From a virus (lineage: Duplodnaviria > Caudoviricetes), in the IMG/VR virus record IMGVR_UViG_3300050135_000024, positions 1-62,271 of that record: a stretch of DNA of 62,271 nucleotides. The stretch is one strand, 5' to 3'. Under the pieces are notes generated by a model. The model was not told the DNA's origin. It worked only from the letters and a program-made list of their open reading frames with translations, and did no database searches. Made by a program: the position numbers and the translations under genes. Numbering within the stretch: the stretch's first letter is position 1; every line of letters starts with the position of its first letter. This document shows, piece by piece, positions 18,701-27,981 of the stretch.

Positions 18701-20312
18701 GGCGCAGGCAGGCCAGGAGCTGGCCGGCGGTGGCTTCGAGGCGTTCCACCCCGCCGGCCTGAACGCCGCTGTAAAGGGCGGCGTGTCCGCGACCGGCCTC
18801 AAGCAGATCACCAGTGCCGCGGAAGCCGCCGAAAAAGCGGAAACGAAACGGGTGACAGCGCTCGAAACGGCAGCAAAAAAAATGCTGGGCGAAACCACGC
18901 CAAGGGGGAGCCTGGCGAGCGCGAACCAGTCGGCTACCGTCCCGCAGCTCGAGAAAGTGCTCGGGGTTACAACGGGTGGAGCGATCGGCAAGAAGCTCTC
19001 GGGACTCCTCGGCGGTTCCGGCGGGCTCTCGCAAGGCACTCTGGAGCACGAGATCATGCCGGTGCTGGGAAAGAGCAGCGAAGCGTCCGGGACGGGCAAA
19101 GCCTTCGACAAGCTCATCTCAGAACTGAAGGGCGTCCACACCGCCGCGACGCAGGCGATGGTCGTTGGTCTGGAGCAGGCTCACAAGCAGGCGCTTGCGA
19201 ACCTTGGCCGCGAGCTGTACGCGGTGACGCAGGAAAAGGAGGCGCAGCAGCTCACGAACGAAGCGACCGAGCAGAAGGACCGTACCACTCAGGCTGCGAA
19301 CCTCGCCTCGAAGGAATTGCAGGTCGCGAAGGACACCTCGACACAGGTCACGGACGCGATGAGCGCCTCGGCGACGCAGATCGACGATGCGACGACGATC
19401 ATCAAGGACTCGTTCGCAGAGATGGTTGAAGCGGTCTCCAACGCCACGCAGAAGATGGCGGACATCGCCTCGGGTGAAGTCACCGCGACCCAGGACACGA
19501 CAGCCACGAAGATCGCGGAACTCGGAGAGCGCGGGAAGTACGGTCTCGAACTCATCGCACAGAAGCTCGAAGTCCAGCTCGACCAGATGAAGGAGACCTA
19601 CGACGTCCAGATCCAGCAGGCGAAGATGGCTTTGGACCAGGCGAAGATTTCAGGACAGGCGCTGGTCGCCGAGAAGCAGCAGGGTATGGACCTGTTGCAG
19701 GCCCATCAGGATGCGCTGGTCGGGGTCGCACAGGCCCACTCGGACGCGGTGCAGGTCGCCGGCGACCAACAGGAGGTCACGGCGCAGGGCATCGTCGACG
19801 CGGCGCAGATCTCAAGCGATGCTCGCACTGACGCGACCTACCTCGCCACCGTCCTCGTCGCTGGCGGCACGAAGGCCCAGCAGGATGCCGCCAAGGGCAT
19901 GCAGACATGGGCGACAGCCAGCGGTGCGGCGCTGATGGCCAACGCAGAAGCGCACAACAAAACAGTGGAAGTTGAAGCGAACAGGGCGATCCAGGGCGCG
20001 CAGGCAAACGTCGCGGTGGCCACGGGCGAAGCGAAGACAGCAATCTCCAACGCCCAGCAGGCTTTGGCTCAGGCCGAAGGGTCCGCGAAGGTGGCGATAG
20101 AAAACGCAGAACTGGGCCTGAGAAGCATTGAAGACACGGCGAAGGTCGCGGAGGCCAAGCTCGAAGGGGAAGTCGCGATCACCAGGGAGCGCTCACAGGT
20201 CCAGTACGCGGGTTCGGGCCTGGTGGTCAATCAGTACGGGATGAACCCGAGTGATGCAGCAGGCAACGCAGCAGAGCTGGGTTGGCTGCTGCGAACCATG
20301 ACGCCGCTATAG
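15783..20312 (+). CDS. Tape measure protein with lysozyme-like and NlpC/P60 domains
   Basis: 1509 aa, Ala-rich; TMP core LGVTLTDSSGKF; WEAQEGG..YNPLNTT; GIDCSGFVS..H. Confidence 0.9.
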   Translation: MPVRTITIVGLGDFKQQQDELVRTGVIADKSATTMADSSKRAGAAAAEQAKLAGDSADKQIAAAARAAAAYEKSQETMSRAAKAASRAAVEAGKAAGLSADQQVAASKRTAAAMDAHSKVSKVGGAVALGLAGAAVEAVKLGMAYQTAQASIQGATGQSVKSTEQLTGAFNTLGTGSQAAVGSGMQMESAYAGVAGQLKLTEGHALSTAEATKFSAAANNLAESGAASLSEAYSATAKVMQTFHLSADQAAGVTDTLYSTSKAVNVPVEQIASAMGKLHAGLGAVAPSMRDVSGLMVALGGRGLTGGKGIQVVSSAFQTLLGSSKPVHSVLKDLGVTLTDSSGKFIGMEKAIGLLQPKLAALPESERRYAEQTLLGKGATEKLGQVILAGVPAFEAATAAANKHAAAQKAAEAQAKTFKDEMEAMKHTVETLGGDLGLILIPPLQKVATVLLEGISVLEKHKDACIALGAVITGVLGTAVAVFAYDKAVAFGKGVTRMTEGLKSLVTSSSETAGAVEADQAAQAAAVEANAAKMQEANATTGGSFTAVGTDAAAGETAVAGAVGTEAGAVTTADGVIEADNVAAGASFTALLGPIGLAAAAAYGAVKLMEKVTGGHVDELLGGNQPGESTKEGNEGAVKGQPFSLKSGANTTATSFAQSALGALGAPTTGSSLKAFEAWEAQEGGNWHNSAKYNPLNTTLNMPGAGNTGSQGNIKVYKDWQQGLEATVKTLQGSSYKTIVADLKKGASVSEIESAINASPWGTHFSNTAGASQSATGGTHLSKSQIKQASGGDPALQQAMEEQAGLIPKKKAPEAEKEYLGANNQIVDETAAQHAHKALLEKKAKAEGKETTAAMGIPAGVVTMLKTAEALIGAPYKSGGGHGSSADDPIAMLKQIGIDCSGFVSKVLSSGGVPGVSGLTTQGLSKNLAKGPGKYVTVEDRPEGSQAHTIIDVLGKWFESGGKLGGGVKALTKAQAGQELAGGGFEAFHPAGLNAAVKGGVSATGLKQITSAAEAAEKAETKRVTALETAAKKMLGETTPRGSLASANQSATVPQLEKVLGVTTGGAIGKKLSGLLGGSGGLSQGTLEHEIMPVLGKSSEASGTGKAFDKLISELKGVHTAATQAMVVGLEQAHKQALANLGRELYAVTQEKEAQQLTNEATEQKDRTTQAANLASKELQVAKDTSTQVTDAMSASATQIDDATTIIKDSFAEMVEAVSNATQKMADIASGEVTATQDTTATKIAELGERGKYGLELIAQKLEVQLDQMKETYDVQIQQAKMALDQAKISGQALVAEKQQGMDLLQAHQDALVGVAQAHSDAVQVAGDQQEVTAQGIVDAAQISSDARTDATYLATVLVAGGTKAQQDAAKGMQTWATASGAALMANAEAHNKTVEVEANRAIQGAQANVAVATGEAKTAISNAQQALAQAEGSAKVAIENAELGLRSIEDTAKVAEAKLEGEVAITRERSQVQYAGSGLVVNQYGMNPSDAAGNAAELGWLLRTMTPL

Positions 20313-20324
20313 GGGGGTCGAGCC

Positions 20325-22211
20325 ATGACGCTTGTCAAGCCCGTTGTCGTCAACGGCGTCACGAAAGCCAACGCCGAACTCTTCAACGAATACGGCAGTG
20401 ATCTCGAACTGATCGCCAACACGATGTTGGGGGCCGGCGCGATCGGCGAATCGCAGCTCGCCTCGTCGCTGCTCGGGCCGGCCAGCAACAAATACGGTCT
20501 GCGCAAGCTCGGGACGGGCGCGACGGAAGCGTTGGCGGGCAACACGGCGATCCTCAGCAAAGCCGAAACGGAACTGATCGCTGTCGAAAAGGCGGCTGAA
20601 GCCTCGAGAAAGACTGCACTGGAAGGCGCCCGGGTGGTCGCCACGGCGAACCTGACCCTGTCGGGTCTACAGACCGTAGACGGCGTCACGCTCGTCGAAG
20701 GCAACGTGGTGCTCGCGACCGAACAGACGGAAAAAAAGAACAACGGCAAGTGGGAAGTGAAGAGCGGCGCCTGGGTCAGGCCCACGGACTATGCCAACGG
20801 TGCGACCCTGAGCCCAGCCGCGATTTTCGTGCCCGTCACGAGCGGCTCGGCATCACACTCCGGCTCGACATGGTTGATCAAAACACCAAGCACCACCGTC
20901 ACGGTCGGGACGACCGAAACGACATGGGAGGAAAACAGTGCCGGCTCCGGGGTCGTGACGGGCGTTATCACCACGCAGTCACGGACGGCTCTCGGCGTCG
21001 AAGCGCTCGCGGACGACGAAACGGGCCACTTCAACACGGCCATCGGCTACCAGGCGTTGCAGAACGCCAAACAGGAGTCCTTCACCTTCACCGCCAAAAT
21101 CACCTCCGGGTCAACCCAACTGACAGGGCTCACGTTGACCTACGCCGAAGTCACAGCGAAACTCAACTTCGGCGGCTTCCTCTCATGCGCGGCGCACCCC
21201 GGAGCGCTGTTTCCAGAAGTCACGCTCGCGATGCTCCCCACCGAAGCCGAATACAACGCGAAAAAAGAACTCACAATGGAACACGTCGCGTTGGAAAGCG
21301 TGACCAGCGCGAGCATCCTCCAGCTATGGGGCGCTAGCTACAACACCGTCCTCGGCTACAAGGCCGCCCAGAACGTCACGACAGGCTCAGGTAACATCAT
21401 TATCGGTGAGATCGCGGGGGGCAGCATCAGTACCGGTGGGGAAAATATCGCGATCGGGACTGAAGCGCTGGTCCATAACTCAACGGAATCGAACCTGATC
21501 GCCATCGGGTTTGCCGCGTTGAACGAAACGACTGCAGGGCCAAACATCGGGATCGGCCAGGGCGCGCTGTCCGAGTGCACGACGGGCGTCTACAACCTCG
21601 GGATCGGCGCAGGCGCGTTGCAGCACAACGAAACCGAACCGTACAACGTAGTTATCGGGCATCTCTCGTGCAACAACAACAACGGGAAAGCCAATACGGT
21701 CATCGGCACTGACTGCCTCCAGAAAGCCACTACAGCATCGGAAAACACCTGCGTCGGCTGGGCGACCCTGTCGAATGCCACCTCGTCGTTCAACACCGCG
21801 ATCGGCTACTTCGCCGCAGGCAAACTCACGACTGGCGCCAAGAACACCGTGCTGGGCTGGAAGTCCGGTGTGCTGCTGACGACCGGCGAACTGAATGTGC
21901 TGCTGGGCTACAACGCGGGCGGCGCGCTGACGACAACCAGCAACCAGCTCTACATCGCCAACTCGGAAACCGGCGAACCGCTCATCAAGGGCGAATTCCC
22001 GAACGTGAGCCTACAGTTCAACGCCGGGAAACTCGGCTTCAACAAAAAAGCGCCCGTGACCCTGATAGCGGAAAACCTGGAAACGGGCGCACTGAAAGCC
22101 GCGGGGACCGTCGCGCCGTTCGGCTTTGAAACGAAAGCAGAAGTCGAAAAAGTCATCAAATTCGTCGAAAAATGGTCCAAATTCATGCACGAAAGTGGGT
22201 TGACGGCATGA
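20325..22211 (+). CDS. Tail fibre/receptor-binding protein with NxxIG beta-repeats
   Basis: N-terminal LSGLQTVDGV..Q....NG domain followed by many NTAIG/NIAIG repeats. Confidence 0.7.
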   Translation: MTLVKPVVVNGVTKANAELFNEYGSDLELIANTMLGAGAIGESQLASSLLGPASNKYGLRKLGTGATEALAGNTAILSKAETELIAVEKAAEASRKTALEGARVVATANLTLSGLQTVDGVTLVEGNVVLATEQTEKKNNGKWEVKSGAWVRPTDYANGATLSPAAIFVPVTSGSASHSGSTWLIKTPSTTVTVGTTETTWEENSAGSGVVTGVITTQSRTALGVEALADDETGHFNTAIGYQALQNAKQESFTFTAKITSGSTQLTGLTLTYAEVTAKLNFGGFLSCAAHPGALFPEVTLAMLPTEAEYNAKKELTMEHVALESVTSASILQLWGASYNTVLGYKAAQNVTTGSGNIIIGEIAGGSISTGGENIAIGTEALVHNSTESNLIAIGFAALNETTAGPNIGIGQGALSECTTGVYNLGIGAGALQHNETEPYNVVIGHLSCNNNNGKANTVIGTDCLQKATTASENTCVGWATLSNATSSFNTAIGYFAAGKLTTGAKNTVLGWKSGVLLTTGELNVLLGYNAGGALTTTSNQLYIANSETGEPLIKGEFPNVSLQFNAGKLGFNKKAPVTLIAENLETGALKAAGTVAPFGFETKAEVEKVIKFVEKWSKFMHESGLTA

Positions 22212-22555
22212 CCACGCCACGCAAAAAGCAGGTGCGCCTCGTGCGTATGCACGTGCGCCCCGCGTTCGACACGGTCATCGTCTCCGCGAAGGACTGGAGA
22301 CGCTTCCACGAGCAGCCGCTCGGCCAGCCCGTCGGCTATGACATCCAGCCGGAGATCGTCTACGACGACGGCGAGACGCTCGAGAAGGTCGAGCACCCGG
22401 CGGTCCGTATCGCTGCGGAGAACTGGGTGGAGTATGTCTCCAAGACCTTCCCGGCGGAGGTGAAGGCGTGGCAGGCCCAGTTGGATGCCGAGCAGCCTAA
22501 CCGGGCGCAGCGGCGGGCGAAGCCTGGAGCGGCAAAGACCCGAGCCCGGAAGTAA
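22208..22555 (+). CDS. Hypothetical protein
   Basis: ATGA-coupled to the fibre gene. Confidence 0.55.
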   Translation: MTTPRKKQVRLVRMHVRPAFDTVIVSAKDWRRFHEQPLGQPVGYDIQPEIVYDDGETLEKVEHPAVRIAAENWVEYVSKTFPAEVKAWQAQLDAEQPNRAQRRAKPGAAKTRARK

Positions 22556-22558
22556 CCC

Positions 22559-23479
22559 GTGCCGACCGTCGGCGAAGGACTGATCGTCGGCGAGTTCACC
22601 GTCGGCGAGGAAGAAGCCAGCGAAGAACTTGCCGAATGGCAGTGGCTTTTTCGCGGCTACAAGTTCGGCCCGAAAACGTCGCTTGAGGTCAGGGAAATCG
22701 AGGGGCTCGATCTGCCGGTCGTGCGTTCTGGCGACAGTGGACGTCCGCGCGACCAGGGCATGTTCATCGGACTGGACGTGCTCGCCGGACGCGAAATCAC
22801 GATCGAGGGCGATCTGCAGCCGCCTTCCTCGAGCTTCCAGGCAGCGTGGGAAGCGCTCGCGACCGCGACGGTCCCGACGGGCACCGAACAGTACCCTCTG
22901 CAAGTGCACCTACCGGGCTACGGGGTGCTGACGTGCAACGCGAGGGTCCGTAAGCGCCAGATCCCGGTCGACATCCAGTTCACGCTCGGCAAGCTCGCTA
23001 AGGTCACGCTGCTGTTCGCCGCGGCGGACCCGAGGTGGTATGGGGCGACACAGGAGGTGTCGGTCAAACCGCCCCTGTCGGTTGGCGGCTTCACGTGGCC
23101 GCTGAAATGGCCGCTGAAATGGGGAGGGGGCGGCTACACGGGCGCGCTGTCAGTCACGAACGCAGGGAACTTCGAGACGCGGCCGGTTCTGACGATCGAA
23201 GGGCCGTGCGTGAACCCGTCGATCCAGAACGCCACGGCACCAGGCGGCCCGACGCTCGCGTTCAACCTTACGCTCGGCGCCGGCGAAAGGCTCGTGATCA
23301 ACACCGACATGCACATCGCGACCCTCTACTCGTCGCCGACAACTCCTGGGTCGGCAAGGACGGGAACTCTCATCGCTGGGTCGAGGTGGTGGACGCTCGA
23401 ACCAGGCACCAGCACGATTCAGTTCCTCGCCAGCGAAGGCGCGTTGTCAGTTGAATACGCGAGCGCGTGGATTATCTGA
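22559..23479 (+). CDS. Distal tail protein (Dit)
   Basis: AADPRWYG, FTWPLKWPL, NAGNFETRP..GPC.NP and WWTLEPG. Confidence 0.8.
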   Translation: MPTVGEGLIVGEFTVGEEEASEELAEWQWLFRGYKFGPKTSLEVREIEGLDLPVVRSGDSGRPRDQGMFIGLDVLAGREITIEGDLQPPSSSFQAAWEALATATVPTGTEQYPLQVHLPGYGVLTCNARVRKRQIPVDIQFTLGKLAKVTLLFAAADPRWYGATQEVSVKPPLSVGGFTWPLKWPLKWGGGGYTGALSVTNAGNFETRPVLTIEGPCVNPSIQNATAPGGPTLAFNLTLGAGERLVINTDMHIATLYSSPTTPGSARTGTLIAGSRWWTLEPGTSTIQFLASEGALSVEYASAWII

Positions 23480-24750
23480 TGGCTGGCAACCCCTTTGGCT
23501 ACCTTGCCTATGACCTGCTGACGGGCCGGTTCCTCGACTGGCTCCCGCTCCGCGGCGTGACCTTCGGCCAGCAGTTGAACACGCCCGGCACGCTCTCGGG
23601 CACGCTCGACCTCCGCGACCCGCGAATCCAGGCAGCCGAACCGCTCTCCTCCACAGTCCCGAACCGGACGCTGGTCGTCGTCGACTACCTGGAGTCGGTG
23701 CAGTGGGGCGGCATCGTGCTGCCCCGCAAATGGAAAGTCGAATCGTCGCCTCAGTCCACCAGCGGGCCGCTCGAAGTGTCCTGCTCGGAGGGTTGGGCGT
23801 ACTTCCAGAACCGCGTCCAGGCGACCGACTACTCGAGCCCGCCGTACTCGGGCATCACCGGGGCGAGCCCGATGGCCTACTGGACGCAGACGCCGTGGGA
23901 TGCGTCGTTGATCGCCTGCCAGATCATCGCGGATGCGATCGGCTACTCCGACGGTGCGCTGCAGCCATACGGAGATCTCCTGGGTGGCCTGGAGCTGAAG
24001 CTGAACGGAAAGACGCCGGCCGGCTCCGAACCAGCGGCAGCAGAAGGCGACTACATCGCGGTGAGCTACCCGTTTACGTCGATGCAGACCGTCGACACGA
24101 TCGTCAGCCAGCTCGCGCAACTCGGGCTCGGTGTCGGGTTCGACTTCGGACTGGACATCGCCTACAGCGAAGGACCCGGCTCGCCACCCGTCGGGGCGAT
24201 CAACATCAGCTACCCAAGACGCGGCAGGACATTCGCTGAAAACGGGCTGATGCTCGATGTCACGACCGCGCGCGGCTACGAATTTCCGGAGGACGGCACA
24301 CAGACCGCCAACCAGATCTACGAGCTGGGGGGGTCCGGTGCGATCAACGTGTCAGAGAACGTCGTCCCGCTCGAACAGGGCTACCCACTCTGGGAGCGCG
24401 TGATCTCACGCGCGAACATCCAGTCGCAGAACATCGAGGGGCTGCTCGAACAGATTGGCTTCTCCGACCTCGCGATCTACAGCTACCCGCCCGTCACGGC
24501 CACCGTCACGATCGGCGTGAACGACGCCAACTTGCCCCTAGGGTCCTTCACCGTCGGCGACGACGTAAGGGTCGTGATCCCGGAAACGGCACCGTCCGGC
24601 GAAGTGTTTGACCCGCGTTTCGTTGGGGGACTGGATCGGGAGTTGCGCATCATCGCCTGGAGCTGCGAAGTGGCTGACAGCGGCGACGCGACAGTCAAGT
24701 TGACCCTAGGGCGCCCACCGCTGCTTCAAGCACTGAACCCTGTGATCTGA
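23479..24750 (+). CDS. Minor tail/baseplate hub protein
   Basis: DLLTG..LP, LNTPG, WGGI, YPRRGR and GDDV motifs typical of actinophage hub proteins. Confidence 0.75.
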   Translation: MAGNPFGYLAYDLLTGRFLDWLPLRGVTFGQQLNTPGTLSGTLDLRDPRIQAAEPLSSTVPNRTLVVVDYLESVQWGGIVLPRKWKVESSPQSTSGPLEVSCSEGWAYFQNRVQATDYSSPPYSGITGASPMAYWTQTPWDASLIACQIIADAIGYSDGALQPYGDLLGGLELKLNGKTPAGSEPAAAEGDYIAVSYPFTSMQTVDTIVSQLAQLGLGVGFDFGLDIAYSEGPGSPPVGAINISYPRRGRTFAENGLMLDVTTARGYEFPEDGTQTANQIYELGGSGAINVSENVVPLEQGYPLWERVISRANIQSQNIEGLLEQIGFSDLAIYSYPPVTATVTIGVNDANLPLGSFTVGDDVRVVIPETAPSGEVFDPRFVGGLDRELRIIAWSCEVADSGDATVKLTLGRPPLLQALNPVI

Positions 24751-25163
24751 TGCCCGGCTACGCAGAACCCGCAAATGGCTGGCTCGCCCAAAAGCTCTCC
24801 CAGCTCGGCGAAGATATCGCAATCCTGAAGGCGCTGAGCGCGGGAGGACGCGACTGGGCCGAACCAACGCTGCTGAACTCCTGGGCGAACCAGGGGGGAG
24901 GGCGGCTCACGGTCGCCTACCGTCGTCAGGCGAACGTGGTGCGGCTTCGCGGTTCGCTGTTCGGTGGTGCGAGCGCGTCGGCCGCGTTTGTGCTGCCGGA
25001 AGGGTTCAGGCCAACTGCAGACGCGTTCGCCTCAAGCGGCGGCTACACCACTCAGGTGTCTCCTACAGGCGTCGTGGTAAAAGCGACCGGAGAAGTGGTC
25101 TTGTACTTCGATTCATCAGCCACACAGGCAGCGATCGATGGCGTGACTTTTACCATCGACTAA
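24750..25163 (+). CDS. Minor tail protein (fibre C-terminal-like domain)
   Basis: LLNSW.N, YRR..VV.LRG and LPEGFRP. Confidence 0.7.
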   Translation: MPGYAEPANGWLAQKLSQLGEDIAILKALSAGGRDWAEPTLLNSWANQGGGRLTVAYRRQANVVRLRGSLFGGASASAAFVLPEGFRPTADAFASSGGYTTQVSPTGVVVKATGEVVLYFDSSATQAAIDGVTFTID

Positions 25164-25170
25164 GGTATCA

Positions 25171-25198
25171 ACGCGCGATAATGCATGTTATTGCTACC
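25171..25198 (+). other. dif-like Xer site A
   Basis: acgcgcgATAA-tgcatg-TTATtgctacc (11-6-11). Confidence 0.5.
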
Positions 25199-25266
25199 AG
25201 ATTCGTGCCCTAATATCACACGGGCGCTAAGCGTGTCGGCTGACGTTGGACGGGGGAGGAGATTCG

Positions 25267-25470
25267 ATGGCCATCGAACGCGTCTTCCACTGCGACGCCG
25301 AGGACTGCACCACCCACGTCGGCTCTCTGCATGCCGAGCCAGAGTGCCCCGGCTGGCTGCTCGTAACCGAAACAGGGCACAAGCCCGTGAAGCACCACTT
25401 CTGCTGCTGGGACTGCGCCATGAAGTACGCAGCGAAGTTCCCGCCGCCTACCGTGATTCCGTGCGAATAG
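25267..25470 (+). CDS. Small Cys/His zinc-binding protein
   Basis: CD..DC ... HFCCWDC; GGAGGAG RBS. Confidence 0.6.
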   Translation: MAIERVFHCDAEDCTTHVGSLHAEPECPGWLLVTETGHKPVKHHFCCWDCAMKYAAKFPPPTVIPCE

Positions 25471-25695
25471 GCGTCTCGGGCGTCATGGTCTGCCGGGTCG
25501 TCGCACAGACTGCCACGGCCGCCCGTTCCGACGGATAGTCCTTGCTCCAGAACAGCAGCTTGCTGTTCTCGTCGTAGAGGCGAGCGTGGTAGCCATGCTC
25601 GGTTTTCACGATCAGGAAGTACATCGCAGAGCAGTCTCGAACATGGCGCCGCGCCCTGGCTAGCCGCGTCTACGACGGACGGGAGGTGATGACCT

Positions 25696-26796
25696 ATCGC
25701 GGTAGAAGTTTTTGGTTTGCAAGATAACTCTGCCGGCGAAAGCGCGGAGCGAACAAGAAGGGCGATCAACTTCATGCTAAAGCGCGGAGCCACGATCGGC
25801 TCCGTGGCCGGGGGCTTGGTCGCCGCCACCGACTTGCAGACCACGTACCAGGGCGCCGGGCTGAAAGTGGAAATCGCCGCCGGGGAGGCGATCGTCCCTA
25901 ACAATGTCTCGGCTAGCGGCACGGGCTACTACCTCAGACTCTCCGCGACGTCTACGGTCACGCTGCCAGCCGCAAACTCGTCCAATGCCCGTGTGGAAGC
26001 GGTAGCCGCCTACATTAAGGACGAATCGTACTCCGGGTCGGGCAACGAAGGGCTCGTCGAAGTCCTAGCCGGAAACGCCAAAGCCGGCGCGACGCTTGGG
26101 AATCTCGAAGGGGCACCCGGCCAGTCGGGCGGACCAGCGCTCCCCAAAAACGTGCTCGTGCTCGCATACATCCTCGTCCCGGCAGCCGCCACAACCATCA
26201 GCAACGCGGACATCAAGAACGTGGCGGAACGCGCGAACCTCGGCCTGTCGGCGGGGCTGAACATGGTGGACACCTCCTCGGGAAGGGAAATCCTCAACGG
26301 AGAATTCACGGAGGTCTCCGCAGCAGTCACAATGACGGTCACGCCCAGCGTGAACCTCTACTGCGGCGCCATCAACCGATCCGGTGGCACGGTCACGATC
26401 AAAGCCAACTCGGGGAGCATCTACGGCGACTTCCTGAATGGCGTCTCAGAATTCAAGCTCGCGACCAACCAGCATGTGCTGCTGCTCTCCGAAGGCGCCA
26501 ACCTGTACATCATCGCCGGGGAACCCAAGCGCGAATTCAACGAGGTGGCCAGTGGGCGGACGATAGGCGAAGCGCACGAACCGAGCGCGACGCGACCCAC
26601 GTTCGTGACTGGATACGTCACGGTCGCTGCCGGCAAAACCGCCGAAGTGAAAGTGGGCGAAGAACGGCTGTGGGGCAAACTTGCAAACAACAGCGCTATC
26701 GAAGAGACGTTTACGGTGGGCTTCTGGATAGGCGCTGGAGAGACCTACAAGATCACGGAAGCGACGCTTGCGTGGCTCACCTACCAGATTTGGTAG
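25696..26796 (+). CDS. Minor tail protein (probable ATC start)
   Basis: V.IAAG.A.V, A.SSNAR.E, P.LP.N..VLA.I.V N-terminal fibre domain; GGAGGTG before ATC. Confidence 0.7.
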   Translation: MAVEVFGLQDNSAGESAERTRRAINFMLKRGATIGSVAGGLVAATDLQTTYQGAGLKVEIAAGEAIVPNNVSASGTGYYLRLSATSTVTLPAANSSNARVEAVAAYIKDESYSGSGNEGLVEVLAGNAKAGATLGNLEGAPGQSGGPALPKNVLVLAYILVPAAATTISNADIKNVAERANLGLSAGLNMVDTSSGREILNGEFTEVSAAVTMTVTPSVNLYCGAINRSGGTVTIKANSGSIYGDFLNGVSEFKLATNQHVLLLSEGANLYIIAGEPKREFNEVASGRTIGEAHEPSATRPTFVTGYVTVAAGKTAEVKVGEERLWGKLANNSAIEETFTVGFWIGAGETYKITEATLAWLTYQIW

Positions 26797-26850
26797 TGGC
26801 CCCGGTAGGCGACCAGCGCGCCCGTCGGCATGCGGCACACGCCGGCCGCT

Positions 26851-27366
26851 TTAGTAGAAGGCTTCGCAGCGCGGCGGATTGATCGCGTTCCATAGGCTCA
26901 TCTCGGATGGTGGACCCGTCTGTGTCTCGGACATGCCAAGGAGGTTGCCGTACTCGCGCACCATGTCGCTACAGAATTCGACAAACCATTGATCCTCGGC
27001 GACTTCCGACGGCCAGCGCTTCGAGTTGAAGGTGATCATGCAGTCGGCGAAGGTGCTGGATGGCGGCGCCTTGCTGTTGGGGCCATCCGGTGACTGCCAG
27101 GAGGACCAGGATTCGGCGTGGATCGGGCGCCCATAGTAGGCCAGGTAGCTCGCTTCCATCGCTGATGTCTCGGGGGCGTAGGTGATCGTGATAGCGCCAC
27201 CGCATGGGGTGGCCTGCCAGTAGCGGGAAGCGATGCGCTGAGCGAGCGCCACCGGGTAGTCCTGCACGACTTGCGTCACCGGGTCTGTGGCCGTGTGTGC
27301 CCCTGCTGTAGCTGGTGAGAGCGCGAGCGAGACGAGAAAAACAACGAGCGAGACCCTATTCCGCAT
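26851..27366 (-). CDS. Secreted protein with a degenerate zincin motif
   Basis: Signal peptide ending AGA-H; REYGNLLG where HExGHxLG is expected. Confidence 0.55.
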   Translation of the reverse strand: MRNRVSLVVFLVSLALSPATAGAHTATDPVTQVVQDYPVALAQRIASRYWQATPCGGAITITYAPETSAMEASYLAYYGRPIHAESWSSWQSPDGPNSKAPPSSTFADCMITFNSKRWPSEVAEDQWFVEFCSDMVREYGNLLGMSETQTGPPSEMSLWNAINPPRCEAFY

Positions 27367-27574
27367 CGGGGCGCCTCACGATGATCAGAGCCCAGTTGCG
27401 ACGAAACGGCCAGCCGAACTGAAAGTCAACGTTGCTCGTGATGCTGATGATCGCGTCAGCCGGGTATGGGTCGAGTGTCGTGCAAATGCGTATTGCTAGC
27501 GTCTCTTTGGTCCAGGCCTTGAGCACGAAAGCTGCGTATTGACGGCGCGCACGCTTCGGTTTGGCTCGGCTCAT
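27356..27574 (-). CDS. Hypothetical protein
   Basis: Coupled to neighbouring genes. Confidence 0.4.
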   Translation of the reverse strand: MSRAKPKRARRQYAAFVLKAWTKETLAIRICTTLDPYPADAIISITSNVDFQFGWPFRRNWALIIVRRPDAE

Positions 27575-27981
27575 TCCGATGCCTCGATCGCGCGTTCGCT
27601 GCTGATCATCGATTCGATCTCGTGTTCGTCCGCGGTGGAGGGGTTTTCACCATTCAGCTTTTCCATCTCGCATCGGCTTTCGCGGATCTCGGCGAGATTT
27701 GTTGATGCACTGGCCGGAAGGTCGTTGCAATCGGTGGACGCGGTGGTGGAGGTTGGTTCCGTTGGCGTTGGCGTTGGGGCAGTTACCGTGTGGGTGTGCA
27801 CGACTACATGGGTAACGGTCCGGGTCGGCGATGATGCGGCGCGGGCGCGTACCGTCGTGACGCCGCCTGCGATAGTGACCGTTGACGCGCGAGACGTCGT
27901 GGAATGGCCGATGGCTACGCCGACGAGAGTCCCCAGCGCGAGAGCGGCAACGGCGACGAGTGCTACTACCAGCTTGTTCAT
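27571..27981 (-). CDS. Membrane-anchored Thr-rich protein
   Basis: N-terminal hydrophobic helix, T/P-rich linker; AAAGGA RBS. Confidence 0.6.
   Translation of the reverse strand: MNKLVVALVAVAALALGTLVGVAIGHSTTSRASTVTIAGGVTTVRARAASSPTRTVTHVVVHTHTVTAPTPTPTEPTSTTASTDCNDLPASASTNLAEIRESRCEMEKLNGENPSTADEHEIESMISSERAIEASE

Noticed and set aside
16905-19141. Long minus-strand ORFs over the tape measure gene
   Set aside because: Antisense shadows caused by codon bias.
20325-26796. Diversity-generating retroelement acting on tail fibres
   Set aside because: No reverse transcriptase and no TR/VR pair with adenine-specific mismatches seen.
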